Below, piece after piece: positions 1 through 12,107 of a stretch of 34,599 nt of DNA (the first letter of the stretch is position 1; every line of letters begins with the position of its first letter). A program made the translations under genes and the position numbers. Origin of the DNA: Priapulus caudatus (lineage: Eukaryota); NCBI RefSeq assembly GCF_000485595.1, contig NW_014577070.1:287697-322295 (forward strand), read 5' to 3'. The notes beneath the pieces were generated by a model. The model ran no database searches, had not been told where the DNA came from, and saw only the letters and a list, made by a program, of their open reading frames with translations.

Positions 1-4
1 ACAC

Positions 5-65
<61 letters not shown>

Positions 66-156
66 TATACACATACACGTACGCACACGCACACGCACAC
101 ATACACGTACGCACACGCACACGCACACATACACAGGCATACGCACGCACGCACGT
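1..156 (+). repeat. (ACAT/AC/GCAC)n microsatellite
   Basis: Direct reading. Confidence 0.95.
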
Positions 157-469
157 ACTAGTTCATGCAGTAACAAACACATGCACTCTACCTGATGCCG
201 CTGCGGATAATTTTGTTAAAAGCGCTGCTCGCATGCCATGAAACCGGGGGGGTAAACCCCGTTAGAACTACGGCGGAAATTTAATCGGAGAAGCAGTGGG
301 TACACGGCAGCAGAGATCGCCTACTAAATGCGCGCTGCTAAAGACTGTACCCGACACGGCTATTGCACGTGCAGCCATAGCTACCGCGGTGTCGATAACT
401 GTCGACCCGTAGCTATGCTTTATGATGCCATCACATTAGCAGCGGGTTGCTACACGATCATAATATTAT

Positions 470-507
470 CAGGAGTGAAGAATAGAGATCTCTATTATTC
501 TCTCCTG
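470..507. mobile_element. CAGGAG...CTCCTG micro-MITE, copy 1
   Basis: 38-bp near-palindrome; flanks ATATTAT/ATAACAT (5/7); same family as 14684 and 14970. Confidence 0.6.
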
Positions 508-1879
508 ATAACATGGTGAACGGAGAGACTGGATGGCGCCACTGAAGCCTTCCGCGAGCTAAAGCTGCAGACGTTATCATGGCGCCGCCACTCCCAGAAG
601 AGTTGGGATAGAATTCTAGAGCCCGTTGTCAGAAATAAATTAAGTTTTAACATTAGTTTTAACGCGAACCATTTCTCTTAGACCGCTGACAGAAACATCG
701 TGAAGTTACCAGAAGTAAATATCCTAAGCGTATTGAACTCGTAACTCTATACGAAACAAAATTCTGTCAACAATAAGACCGCGGAACTAAAAAGAACACG
801 CCGCGGCGCGGAGTCGTACACACCGTGTGCAAACGTCACACTCCTGCCGTGGGAATATCACAATAATGCTGGCAAGGACTGGCTGTCGTCACTCTCAAGG
901 AGCTAAATATAACATAACATGTTATATTTAGCTCCTTGGTCACTCTGACTGCAGTTGTGTACATACTCTATTGTAGTGTACACCCCCATGCCATATTATC
1001 AGTTGTCGCCGATAGATGTCGCTGCCAAGGGCAATCGTATCGTTTACTTCGAATTCCGGGCTATCAACGAAATAACTTAGTGATAATCATGTCCCCAGCA
1101 TATGGTGAAAAATTATGTCATTTAAGGCACCATAATTGAGCGCGACATCCACTGCCGAGAAGTTGAATTCAACAACCGTGTCTAAAAATATGCCGGAACA
1201 GCAAACGATCTGGTAATAGGTTCCGCCAGAGGGTCATAGTATATTTAGACCGAAATAAATGCAAAAGCAAATAAAAGAAATACACAACAACAGACGCAAG
1301 AATAAGCACAAGAACAGCATTGTACAATCGCAGTCACGATTACCATTACTACAAGAAGTAAGCCAGCTATCAACCAGATCCGAAAGTATTAAAATATTAA
1401 GTGAGTAGGCCGCATTTTGACAGCGTCATGAAAGCCAATCAGCAATGGCAGGGCAAAAGAAAGCCTCGAATCGTCTACGGCAATGAATCAGAAGTACCAC
1501 ACCATTTCTGCAGAGAGCAGAATCGCAAATGTTCATGTTATTTTTTGCAGTCTTTTGCGTCGCCGGAATAGAATTTTTACGATACCATTTCATGTAAAAA
1601 TTCCATATATAAACATTTCATGTTAGTAACACGCTGCGCCCTTACTCGAGAAATTGCGGGAAAAAGCTGGTCTGGTGTGCTAAACCCGACCCGTACGCTT
1701 TCTTACGTTCTACGCATTTTAATGCCACCAAACTATTGCTCGCCTTCACGAAACCATTTTCATTTCAACGATTAATGTAAACAGCGACGGTGTTAAATAC
1801 TGTTTAAGTATTAGGTCGGTAGGCCGGTTTTCATCATGATCCGTACCTCTTTATTTTGTCCATTCACAACATGGGGAAC

Positions 1880-2137
1880 AAAGTGGCTCCGATGTAGACG
1901 CCGCCAGGAAGAAGGAGACCCGGCCGACTAAAGACCACCTGGAGGCGAAGCGTGGAGGCAGAACTAGGGTCCCTATATACAATTTGTATATAGGGACTCT
2001 AGGCAGAACTGAAGGAGATGGGCTTCTCGTGGGTACAAACGCTGCAGGCTGCTCAGGACAGATATCGATCCCGCTGGAGGAACACTATTCGTACGGCCTT
2101 ATGTCCCACCGGGGGATCAAGAGGATAAGAAGAAGAA
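1880..2137 (+). mobile_element. 5'-truncated RTE-type LINE 3' end
   Basis: Translates KVAPM*TPPGRRRPGRLKTTWRRSVEAELKEMGFSW...AQDR...WR...ALCPTG, a typical RTE-clade ORF C-terminus, followed by a short (AAG)n tail. Confidence 0.8.
1965..2001. mobile_element. 37-bp palindromic micro-insertion with 8-bp TSD (GGCAGAAC)
   Basis: TAGGGTCCCTATATACAA-T-TTGTATATAGGGACTCTA. TSD at 1957-1964 and 2002-2009. Removal restores the LINE peptide VEAELKEM. Confidence 0.85.
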
Positions 2138-3303
2138 CAACATAGAGGATGCCGAAAGCCACAGTTACTTCGAACACTAGTCCTAATCCCATGATGTTAT
2201 ATAAAACCTTGTGAGCACCACATTTATGATACTAGAAAATGTGCATCTAAGACTGTGACAGGTGCTATTCTGGTGATAGCTTTTTAAAGCTACTAAAATA
2301 GCGCAACATACACCGAAAGACCATAGATTACGTATCTAAATCATACATTACGAGATTCTCACTACCATGCACTCACACGCGCATAACAACTCCTTGTTAT
2401 CCAGCATATTTTCTTGTTGTTAGCAAATACAAAACCTGTTTTTGTTTAATCGACACGTCAACTGTGGTTCGCTCTGAAAACAAAATCGTGTATCATACTA
2501 ATGAACCTTCTACGGGCAGTGTAACGCGCTGGTTTTATGTTTTTAACTTTGATTTGCGAAAATTATTGTATTAATATGTAAATAGAGCGGCTGGCCTCAT
2601 AACCTGGAGTATGTACATACACTGAGTGATCACAATATAAAATATCTCTCCATGATACAAAGATATCGTTCTCCCGAATACGCAAGCACACACACACAAC
2701 ACACACACACACACACGCACGCGCGATTGATGAGGGGTGAACGCCCATGCACTGTCGCTGCGCTATAGACAGATGCGTGGGCTGATCAGCTGCTGCCGTA
2801 CGTAACTTATAAGCACGCACGCTCTGCTAGAATGTGTGCACGCGATCCGACAGCAAACAGATGTCTCGTACGGCGGTATCCACGTCTTCCGCTTCATTAC
2901 CCGCGAGAAAAATCCGCAAACATTTCATATAGCAATAAATAAGGATTTCTGCCGGAAAGATTTCTTTGCGCGATGTTCACTCGCAACTTCTCGGCGAACA
3001 GTGAGCTATAGTATCAGACGTGGCGGGAAAGGATAGCTCTGCTTTTGTTGCTTTGTTCCTGTGCGAGAGACCAACGTATTCTGTATGTCAGATATAGGCA
3101 AATGAATGTAACAAAATTATTGTCAATCACACAGCAACGGGATACTTGGCATCCATTAGTTTGATATTGTAACAATACGCCTAACTAAAATATATCTACT
3201 AACAGTACATACACACGCACACAGACACACACGTACGCACATTTTAACTGTATTTGCAGGCAAGACTCGGCATAGACTACGACAGAAATTGCACGTCCCC
3301 CTT

Positions 3304-4531
3304 AGCCTGCCGCACACGGTGTGTTTTGTGCTGCGCCATCGGCCACGCGTGGCTGATGGCGCAGCACAAGACACAGCGTGTGCGCTTGCAAACACAGCGA
3401 TTTCTTGCGCGTGGAAAATATCACACGTGTTTGATATTTTCTTCCACGTGTGGCAGATTCCACAGCGTGTGCGGAGTCGCTGTGTCATATTCCACACCGG
3501 CTCTATGTAACCGACCAATAGCAGCAGGTCAAGCGAGTCACGTGATCTTAACTTGCGGTTGCAGCGCGGTTGCACTGCGGTACACGCACGTACACGCAGA
3601 TACACGCACGTACACGCGGGTACACGCACGTACACGCACATGCACGCGGGTACACGCACGTACACGCGGGTACACGCACGTACACGCTGGTACACGCACG
3701 TGCACGCGGGTACACGCACGTACACGCGGGTACACGCACGTACACGCAGGTACACGCACGTACACGCACGTACACGCGGGTACACGCGGATACACGTACG
3801 TACACGCACGTACACGCACGTACACGCGGATACACGCACGTACACGCACGTACACGCACGTACACGCACGTACACGCACGTACACGCACGTACACGCACG
3901 TACACGCGGGTAACACGCAGTAACACGCAGATCAACAACGTACGTACACACAGATACACGCACGTACACGCGTGTACCCGCGTGCACGTGCGTGTACCCG
4001 CGTCGTACGTGCGTGTATCTGTGTGTACGTGCGTGTATCTGCGTTGTACGTGCGTAACGTGCGTGTACGTGCGTGTACGTGCGTGTACGTACGTGTATCC
4101 GCGTGTACCCGCGTGTACGTGGCGTGTACGTGCGTGTACCTGCGTGTACGTGCGTGTACCCGCGGTACGTGCGGTACCCGCGTGCATGTGCGTGTACGCG
4201 CGTGTACCCGCGGTGTACGTGCGTGTATCTGCGTGTACGTGCGTGTACCGCAGTGCAAGCCAGCGCTGCACCGCAATTTAAGATCACGTGACTCGCTTGA
4301 CCTTGCTGCTATTTGTCGTTACATAGAGCCGGTGTGGAAGCTTGACACAGGCACACGCGCACACGCCTGTGGAATCTGCCACACGTAGAAGAAAATATCA
4401 AACACGTGTGATATTTTCCACACGCAAGAAATCGCTGTGTTTGCATGCGCACACGCTGTGTCTTATGTGCTGCGCCATCAGCCACGCGTGGCCGATGGCG
4501 CAGCACAACAACACACCGTGTGCGGCAGGCT
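3304..4531. mobile_element. Foldback/palindromic MITE with an internal 10-bp satellite (TACACGCACG)
   Basis: AGCCTGCCGCACACGG... and its reverse complement at 4531. About 280-bp unique arms plus a satellite that flips orientation near 3970. Sharp outer ends flanked by TA. Confidence 0.7.
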
Positions 4532-5024
4532 ACTTGTAAGTTAACTGTTTTTAGACGCTGAACTAACTCCTTCCTCGTTCAGATTTTCACGCTATCCTCA
4601 CTTTAGTCAGTGTCCGCCATACGCATTGTGGTGCGTTTCATTCATATAATGCCGCATACGGTCATAAGACACATTTATGTAGTTTCTTCTCTGAATATAC
4701 GCGTATACTATAGTTACAGTCCTATATTAATGCGAAGCCTGTTGCTGGAACATCATAAGATCAAGAGCTAATAATACCTACTAATAATTAGGTATTATTA
4801 GCTCTTGATCNNNNNNNNNNNNNNNNNNNNNNNNNNNNNNNNNNNNNNNNNNNNNNNNNNNNNNNNNNNNNNNNNNNNNNNNNNNNNNNNNNNNNNNNNN
4901 NNNNNNNNNNNNNNNNNNNNNNNNNNNNNNNNNNNNNNNNNNNNNNNNNNNNNNNNNNNNNNNNNNNNNNNNNNNNNNNNNNNNNNNNNNNNNNNNNNNN
5001 NNNNNNNNNNNNNNNNNNNNNNNN

Positions 5025-6110
5025 GTGCTAAACCCGACCCGTACGCTTTCTTACGTTCTACGCATTTTTTTAATGCCACCAAACTATTGCTCGCCTTCCG
5101 AAACCATTTTCATTTCACGATATAATTGTAAACAGGCGACGGTGTTAATATACTGTTTAAGTTCTTAGGTCGGTTAGGCTGGTTCTCATTCATGATCTCG
5201 TACCTCTTTTATTTTGTCATTTCACATACATGGAACAATAAGTTGGCTCCGATTGTAGACGCGCCATGGAAGAAGGAGACCGGCCGACTAAAGCAACCAC
5301 TCTGGAGGCCGAAGCGTGGAGGCAGACAACTAGCGCTCCCTATATTTACATTTGTATATAGGGCTCTAGGCGAACTGAAGGAGATATGGGCTTCTCGTGG
5401 GCTTACAAACGCTGGCAGGGCTGCTCAGTGGACAGATATCGCCATCACGCTGGAGGAACACTTATTCGTCGGCCCTTATGTCCCACCGGGGGATCAAGCA
5501 GCGATAAGAAGCAAGACAACATATGAGGATGCCGAAGCCACAGTTACTTCGGAACCTAGTCCTATCCATGGATGCTTATATAAAACCTTGTGAGCACACA
5601 TTTATGATACTATGAAAATGTGCATCTTATAGGACGTGTGACAGGGTGCTATTCTGGTGTAGCTATTTTAAGCTATCTAAAATAGCGCGCAACTTACTAC
5701 AAGATAAGACATCAGATTACGTATCTAAATCATCATTTACGGCATTCTTCACTACCATGCACTTCACTAACGGCGCATAACATACTCCTTGTTATCAGCA
5801 TATTTTCTTGTTGTTAGCAAATTACAAATATACCTGTTTTTGTTTAATCGAACACGTCAACTGTGGTTCCCCTCTGAAAACACAAATCGTGTTATCATAT
5901 CTAATGAACCTTCTTTTACGGCAGGGTAACGCGGCTGGTTTTATGTTTTTAACTTTGATTGCGAAAAATTATTTGATATTAATATGCTTAATAGAGCGGC
6001 TGGCCTCATAACCTGCGAGTATGTACATACACCTGAGGTGATCACAATACTAAATATCTCTCCATGCATACAATAAGATATCTTCCTCCCGACATACGCA
6101 AGCACACACA
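5025..6110 (+). other. Indel-rich direct duplicate of 1677-2720, probably uncorrected long-read gap fill
   Basis: Colinear with 1677-2720, with dense single-base indels; begins exactly at the end of an N-gap. Confidence 0.8.
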
Positions 6111-6229
6111 CACCACACACTAACCACGACAACCAACTACACACACACACACACACACTACGCACGACACGACACGTACGCACGCACGACACACACACAC
6201 ACACACACGCACGCACGCACGACACACAC

Positions 6230-6311
<82 letters not shown>

Positions 6312-6400
6312 CACAGAAAGGAAGAGAAGAAGAAGAAGAAGAAGAAGAAGAGGAAGAGGAGGAGAAGAAAGAAGGGGAATGGTAGAGAGAAAAAATAGAG
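6100..6400 (+). repeat. (CA)n/(GCAC)n then (GAA/GGA)n microsatellites
   Basis: Direct reading. Confidence 0.9.
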
Positions 6401-6863
6401 AAGGACGAAAAGGACGAGTGAGGTTTAAAGAGGAACAAAGAGGATGGACATGTGTAATGCATGTGGTTATAGCATAACAATGATGACTGTTCCTGCGGGA
6501 AATATGTAGTTTGATTAACTCGTCTCAAATTGTATGTGATTGACTAGTCTATGCTAGTGATGGGGAAATTAGAATAGCATAGCAGCTACGTCTAGTATTG
6601 CCCTACCTAAAATATGTAACACGGCCCAATTATATGTTTTATGAATATGATTACTAGGTTTTCCAGATACATGCACGATTTTACCTGAAAAGGTTCGAAT
6701 TGGAATAATTATATCAAAGCATTCGACCGGCGTAACAAGGTGAAATGTTCATTTTTAATTACACGACAAATATGCAAATTGAGAAAATTGGTGCGAGTTA
6801 TGGGTTAATACCCATGACCCGAGTCTGTTTAACCCTTGCTTCAATTACAATGTCACAGCTGAC

Positions 6864-6899
6864 TATAAATTAGCGGATGCTCTGTACAATTCCGTCACT
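6864..6899 (+). promoter_or_regulatory. TATA box and Inr-like element of the Gly-rich gene
   Basis: TATAAAT at 6864-6870, TCACT about 30 bp downstream, ATG about 70 bp further. Confidence 0.65.
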
Positions 6900-6964
6900 G
6901 TTCGTTTGCATCTCCGACTACACACATTTCTCGGCTGAAGGATCTGTATTTTCGACTCATCGCC

Positions 6965-7015
6965 ATGACTTCAGCGAACCTGAGCTTAGTCGTCATTCTG
7001 GTTCATCTATGCGCG
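6965..7015 (+). CDS. Gly-rich protein exon 1 (signal peptide)
   Basis: MTSANLSLVVILVHLCA followed by donor GTGAGT, phase 0. Confidence 0.85.
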
Positions 7016-10000
7016 GTGAGTGAGTGATTATTGCAGTATGAATCGCATCAGATTAGTCTACATTACCGCATCTAGACAATGGTGTGCATGACGTAAGGAT
7101 GGTTTTACTAGATTCTATGCAGAGTATGACGGAAGCAAAATATGTTGCGCTGTCGGTGATGCGTACCTATATTGATGCGTAATTAATATTTGTCAAACGC
7201 AGAATCGATATATATATATATATATATATACGAACACACGATTTTATCAATTTTTCTGTTTATTTATTGATTTTTGTGCTTGTGCGTTCGCACCAGTGTC
7301 TGTATATGACAAGTTTGTGTTCTATTTTTTAGGTTTGCTTGGCATGGAGAGGTTACGGTGACCACGGAGGTCGTGGCGGATTCGGAGGAGGAGGATTTGG
7401 AGGAGGCGGACTAGGAGGAGGAGGAGGCGGACTAGGAGGAGGAGGAGGAGGAGGAGGAGGGGGGTTCGGCGGTTTCGGCGGCGGCAGTGTAGGCGGAGGT
7501 TCTGCTGCGGGAAGTTCGTTTTCAGGATTCGATGCGTTCAATACAGCAGCAAACTACGGCGGTGGCGGACAAAGGCAAGGTAAGGCAATCGTAGGATAGG
7601 GGTGGACGGGGTAAGGCAATCGTAGGATAGGGGTGGACGGGGTAAGGCAAGAGTANNNNNNNNNNNNNNNNNNNNNNNNNAAGTTACGATAGGCGGTGGA
7701 CGGGGTAAGGCAAGAGTAGGATGTTAGGGGTGGACGGCGCGTAGCAATCGTAGCGATAGAGGTGAACGGGGTAAGGCAAGAGTACGATAGGGGTGGATGG
7801 GTAAGGGCAAGAGTAGGTAGGCGGTGGACACGGGCGGGTAAGGTGCATGGAGTACGTAGGGCCGTGGACGGGTAGCAAGAGTAATGGATTAGGGGTGGAT
7901 GCGGGTAAGGCTAAGAGCTATCGATTAGGGTGGACGGCGTGGGTAACGGCAATGAGTACGATAGGGTGTGGATGGGTAAGGCAAGAGTAGTGATTAGGGG
8001 TGGACGGGGGGTGTAGGCAAGAATAGGATAGGGGTGAGACGCGGTAGGCAAGAGTACGATAGGATGGACGGGCGTAACGGCTAAGGTATGGATAGGGGTG
8101 GACGGGGGTAAGGCAGAGAGTACGATAGGGCGTGGCGGGGTAAGGCAAGAGTTACGATAGGGGGTGGACGGGGTAAGCAAGAGTAGGATAGGGGTCTGTG
8201 GGACGGGGTAAGGCAAGTTAAATAGGATTTAGGGGTTGGACGGGGTAAGCGGCAATCGTTAGGATAGGCGTTGGATGGGCGTAAGGCAAGAGTACCGATA
8301 GGGGTGGGAGCGGGGTAAGGAAGAGTACAATAGGGGTGGATTGGGGTTAAGGCAAGGTAGTACGAATAGGGGTGTGGACGGGTAAGCGCAAGCAGTAGGA
8401 TAGCGGGTGCGATGGGGTATCAGGCAAGAGTAGGATAGGGAGTGACGGGTCGGGGGTAAGGCAAGAATAGGATAGGGGTGGGACGGGGTAATGGCCACAG
8501 GAATAGGAATGGGGTGGCGGGGTAAGGCCAAGAGTACGATAGGGGTGGATGGGGCGTATATGGCCAGATAGGATAGGTATGGACGGCGGTAAGGCAAGAT
8601 GTACGATAGGGGTGGATGGGGGTTAAGGGCCAAGAATAGGATAGGCCGTGGACGGGGGGGGTAATGGCTAAGAATAGGGATAGGGCGTGGACGGGCGTAT
8701 AGGCAAAGAGTACGATTAACGGGTGGACGGTGGTAATGCAAGAATAGGTAGGATGGACGGGTAAGGCAGATGTACGATAGGGGTGGACGGGGTTAAGGCA
8801 ATGGAGTACGTAGCGGGTGGACAGCGGCTGGTAATGCAAGAGTTAGGATAGGGGTGGATGGGCGTAAGCAGGAGTACGATAGGGTAGTGGACGGGGTAAG
8901 GCCAAGATGGATAGGCGTGGATGGGGTAAGGCGAAGAGCGTAGATAAGGGCGTGGATGGGCGTAAGGCAGAAGTACGATTAGGTCGTTGGACGCGCGGTA
9001 GGCAAAGAGTACCAGATAGCGGCGTAGGACGGCGGGTAAGCAAGAATTAGGATAGGGATGGATCGGGTAATGGCTAAGAAAATACGGATAGGTTTCCTCG
9101 TGGACGGGGGTAAGGCAAGAGTTAGCGTATAGTGGATGGGGTAAGGCAGAGTAGGGATTTATAAGGAGCGTGGAGGCGTATTAGGATAGGGGTGGACGGG
9201 GTAAGGCAAGAGTACGATAGGGGTGGACGGGGTAAGGCAAGAGTACGATAGGGGTGGACGGGGTAAGGCAAGAGTAGGATAGGGGTGGACGGGGTAAGGC
9301 AAGAATAGGATAGGGGTGGACGGGGTAAGGCAAGAGTACGATAGGGGTGGACGGGGTAAGGCAAGAGTACAATAGGGGTGGATGGGGTAAGGCAAGAGTA
9401 CGATAGGGGTGGACGGGGTAAGGCAAGAATACGATAGGGGTGGACGGGGTAAGGCAAGAGTAGGATAGGGGTGGACGTGGTAAGGCAAGAGTACGATAGG
9501 GGTGGACGGGGTAAGGCAAGAGTAGGATAGGGGTGGACGGGGTAAGGCAAGAATAGGATAGGGGTGGACGGGGTAAGGCAAGAGTAGGATAGGGGTGGAC
9601 GGGGTAAGGCAAGAGTACGATAGGGGTGGATGGGGTAAGGCAAGAGTAGGATAGAGGTGGACGGGGTAAGGCAAGAATAGGATAGAGGTGGACGGGGTAA
9701 GGCAAGAGTACGATAGGGGTGGACGGGGTAATGCAAGAGTAGGATAGAGCGCGGGATGGGAGAAGGACAATGGTAATATACAACATATATAATATAGTAT
9801 ATATAAGTTATATAGTAAAGTAAAGTATAGTAATATAGTAATATAGTTTATCATATGGTAATAATATGGGGATATAATATGGTATAGAACACGCGCGCAC
9901 ACACTGACTCACGCACGCGCGCGCACGCACGCAAACATCAGGACAGCGTATTTGCAGCACCGGATATGATGCAAACAGACAGGTAAATAATAATCCGCGC

Positions 10001-10469
10001 AGCAATTGAACCACCTAGTTTACGTCAAAGTTAGCAGCGATCACCCCAAAAAGTGTGAGCGCCCCCGTCTCACCGCGCTAACAGCACTGCCGCAGACGCA
10101 TGGTCAGTCCCGTATATCCTCATGAATGCTCGTGCTCTAGACGCCGAGGACTACGGCGGCAGTGACGACCAGGGCGGCTACTACGACAGCTCAAGATACG
10201 GCTCCTACAGAGGCCACGGCTCCTACGGCGGCTACGAGCACGGACGCGGGGTGAACACCTACGGCGGCCATCTTGCCGCGTCGGGCGCCACGGGAATAAG
10301 GGGAAACACATTCGGCGTGTCTGGATTCGGCGCGGGATTCGGAGGAGGAGCCGGAGGAGGAGCCGGAGGAGGAGGGTTCGGCGGAAACGGAAATGGCGGC
10401 GGAGGTCACGGAGGCTACGTAGGCTACGGAGGCTACGGAGGCTACGGAGGTGGCTATCACAAAAAGTGA
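6965..10469 (+). CDS. Secreted glycine/tyrosine-rich protein, 3 exons (6965-7015, 7333-7579, 10141-10469), 208 aa
   Basis: gccATG start. Exons 1-2 give signal peptide MTSANLSLVVILVHLCAVCLA. GT-AG introns have matching phases (0, then 1: G|AC = Asp). Total 627 nt, open to TGA. Poly-Gly, GGF/GGL/GGY repeats, ends GGYHKK. Confidence 0.88.
7333..7579 (+). CDS. Gly-rich protein exon 2
   Basis: tttttttag-type acceptor; VCLAWRGYGDHGG...GGGGQRQ; donor CAAG|GTAAGG, phase 1. Confidence 0.88.
7580..9748 (+). repeat. 31-bp G-rich minisatellite (GTAAGGCAAGAGTAGGATAGGGGTGGACGGG), about 60-70 units
   Basis: Clean 31-bp period at 7580-7655 and 9182-9748; insertion-noisy between. Confidence 0.95.
10141..10469 (+). 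CDS. Gly-rich protein exon 3
   Basis: tgctctag acceptor, phase 1; DAEDYGG...GGYHKK-stop. Confidence 0.88.
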
Positions 10470-10953
10470 AAAAAGCTTCACAAGCAGCGATAACCTATAC
10501 AGAGTGAGCTAGTCAGATATTCGTAATATATACATAAGGCCTACTTGTAGTCATATACACGCACCTGCTATAACTTAATATAGTTTACGTTTGATCATGG
10601 ATCATGGAATTATTAAGGGATGGATTATATACACGCACTGTACTGTTTACCACATGTTTCGCGTAATCACTGCTTCGTCATCACTGCATCTTTGATGTTA
10701 AAATCGTTTTATCTCTATTTCATGCTATTCGACCTATTAGGTGCTACCCATAACGGCCGCTACGGTGTTCCGATTTATATCAATTAAAAAATAACCTGGT
10801 CACCAATCTGTCAATATCTATGTCATTATCACATTAAATAGCACGATATCATTGTATTATTTGGTATGCGTATTTGGTATTACATATATTATTGTGAGTA
10901 CATATAACACAGACGCGCTGTTTAGCTTTCAGTTAGAGCGGCATGTATGACAA

Positions 10954-10959
10954 AATAAA
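10954..10959 (+). terminator. Candidate polyadenylation signal (AATAAA) for the Gly-rich gene
   Basis: AATAAA about 490 bp after the stop; ATTAAA alternatives lie nearer the stop. Confidence 0.35.
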
Positions 10960-11204
10960 GTTATATATATATAATAATATATATATTATACCAGAAAATT
11001 CGCTTTTATTTATCCGTTTCAACCATTATGTCATCCAAACATTATATACTATATAATAACATACTAAATAACAAATATTATCATCTATTTCGTCGTCGAA
11101 CTACGGATTAGTGAAAGAACCGTATAAAGCTAACCATCTAACCATGCTGTGATGGTTTGCATTACTCATGTATTCTCATACCACGATCACATCTACACTG
11201 TTGA

Positions 11205-11390
11205 ACACACACATACACGCACGCACGCACACACACGCGTGCACACACACACACATGCATGCACGCGTGCACACACACACACACGCACACCCACGCAGTG
11301 ACGCAGGCACACATACACACATACACACGCACACACACACGAACACACACATACACGCAAGCACGCACAAACACACACACACGCACACAC

Positions 11391-11432
<42 letters not shown>

Positions 11433-11625
11433 CTACGTAGTACCGGACCGAAGGCGGATGTAACGGTACAGACAGACTACCAAATATTATATACTATAAT
11501 AACTAACATAACTAAATAACAAATATTATNNNNNNNNNNTATATATATATATTGATATTGATATATATATATAATATATATATATTGATATATTGATATA
11601 TTGATATATATATATATATATATAG
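11205..11625 (+). repeat. (CA)n-like and (TA)n microsatellites
   Basis: Direct reading; includes a short unique spacer and a 10-N gap. Confidence 0.9.
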
Positions 11626-12044
11626 TAGATACGTACATGCTCATACCACCAACTATCACGTTTCTACACGCACGTACGGATGCACGCGCTCAACTGCTCA
11701 GAGAAGTGGCTGTGCTAAGCGTAAGTTCAGTGATTTCTCGAGGACTTTGTAAATTAGGATAAGGATAGGATAGGTAAATTGTGCCGGGCGCCAGTCAGGG
11801 AGTTCTGCAATCGGCCTATGCGACTCTAGTGCCACGGTGCACGAAACCGGAGCCCTATAATGTACATAGAGACCGCTTTAAAACTAAGACGACAGAAACG
11901 TAATACCACCATTTGAAATAGATATGTGGGAAAATCCGGCCCACTTACCCCCAGCCACAACAACCATCGCCACTACTGGGTATGCACACATCCGCACGCC
12001 GACAGAGGACGTAATGCAGTAGCACAATCCGCGTGCACTGTAGG

Positions 12045-12107
12045 CATAGAAATAATATAGATAGACTATCTAGATAGACTATATAGGTTATCTATATTAT
12101 TTCTGTG
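12045..12107. mobile_element. 63-bp palindromic micro-MITE (CATAGA...TCTGTG)
   Basis: About 19-bp TIRs; degenerate 8-bp flanks ACTGTAGG/AGTGGAGG. Confidence 0.6.

Noticed and set aside
3156..4539. Long overlapping ORFs (up to 371 aa) on both strands
   Set aside because: Products of a stop-free 10-bp satellite within a foldback element; no protein-like complexity
5192..5593. 133-aa ORF
   Set aside because: Chance frame through the error-rich duplicate of the RTE LINE relic
7684..9902. Pro-rich minus-strand ORFs and a superficially CRISPR-like repeat/spacer look
   Set aside because: Translation of a 31-bp tandem minisatellite. Variation is indel noise, there are no unique spacers or cas genes, and the context is a eukaryotic intron.
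11755..11895. Possible SINE/LINE 3' end on the minus strand with a (CCTAT)n tail
   Set aside because: Only a short tail; no A/B boxes, TSD or second copy visible
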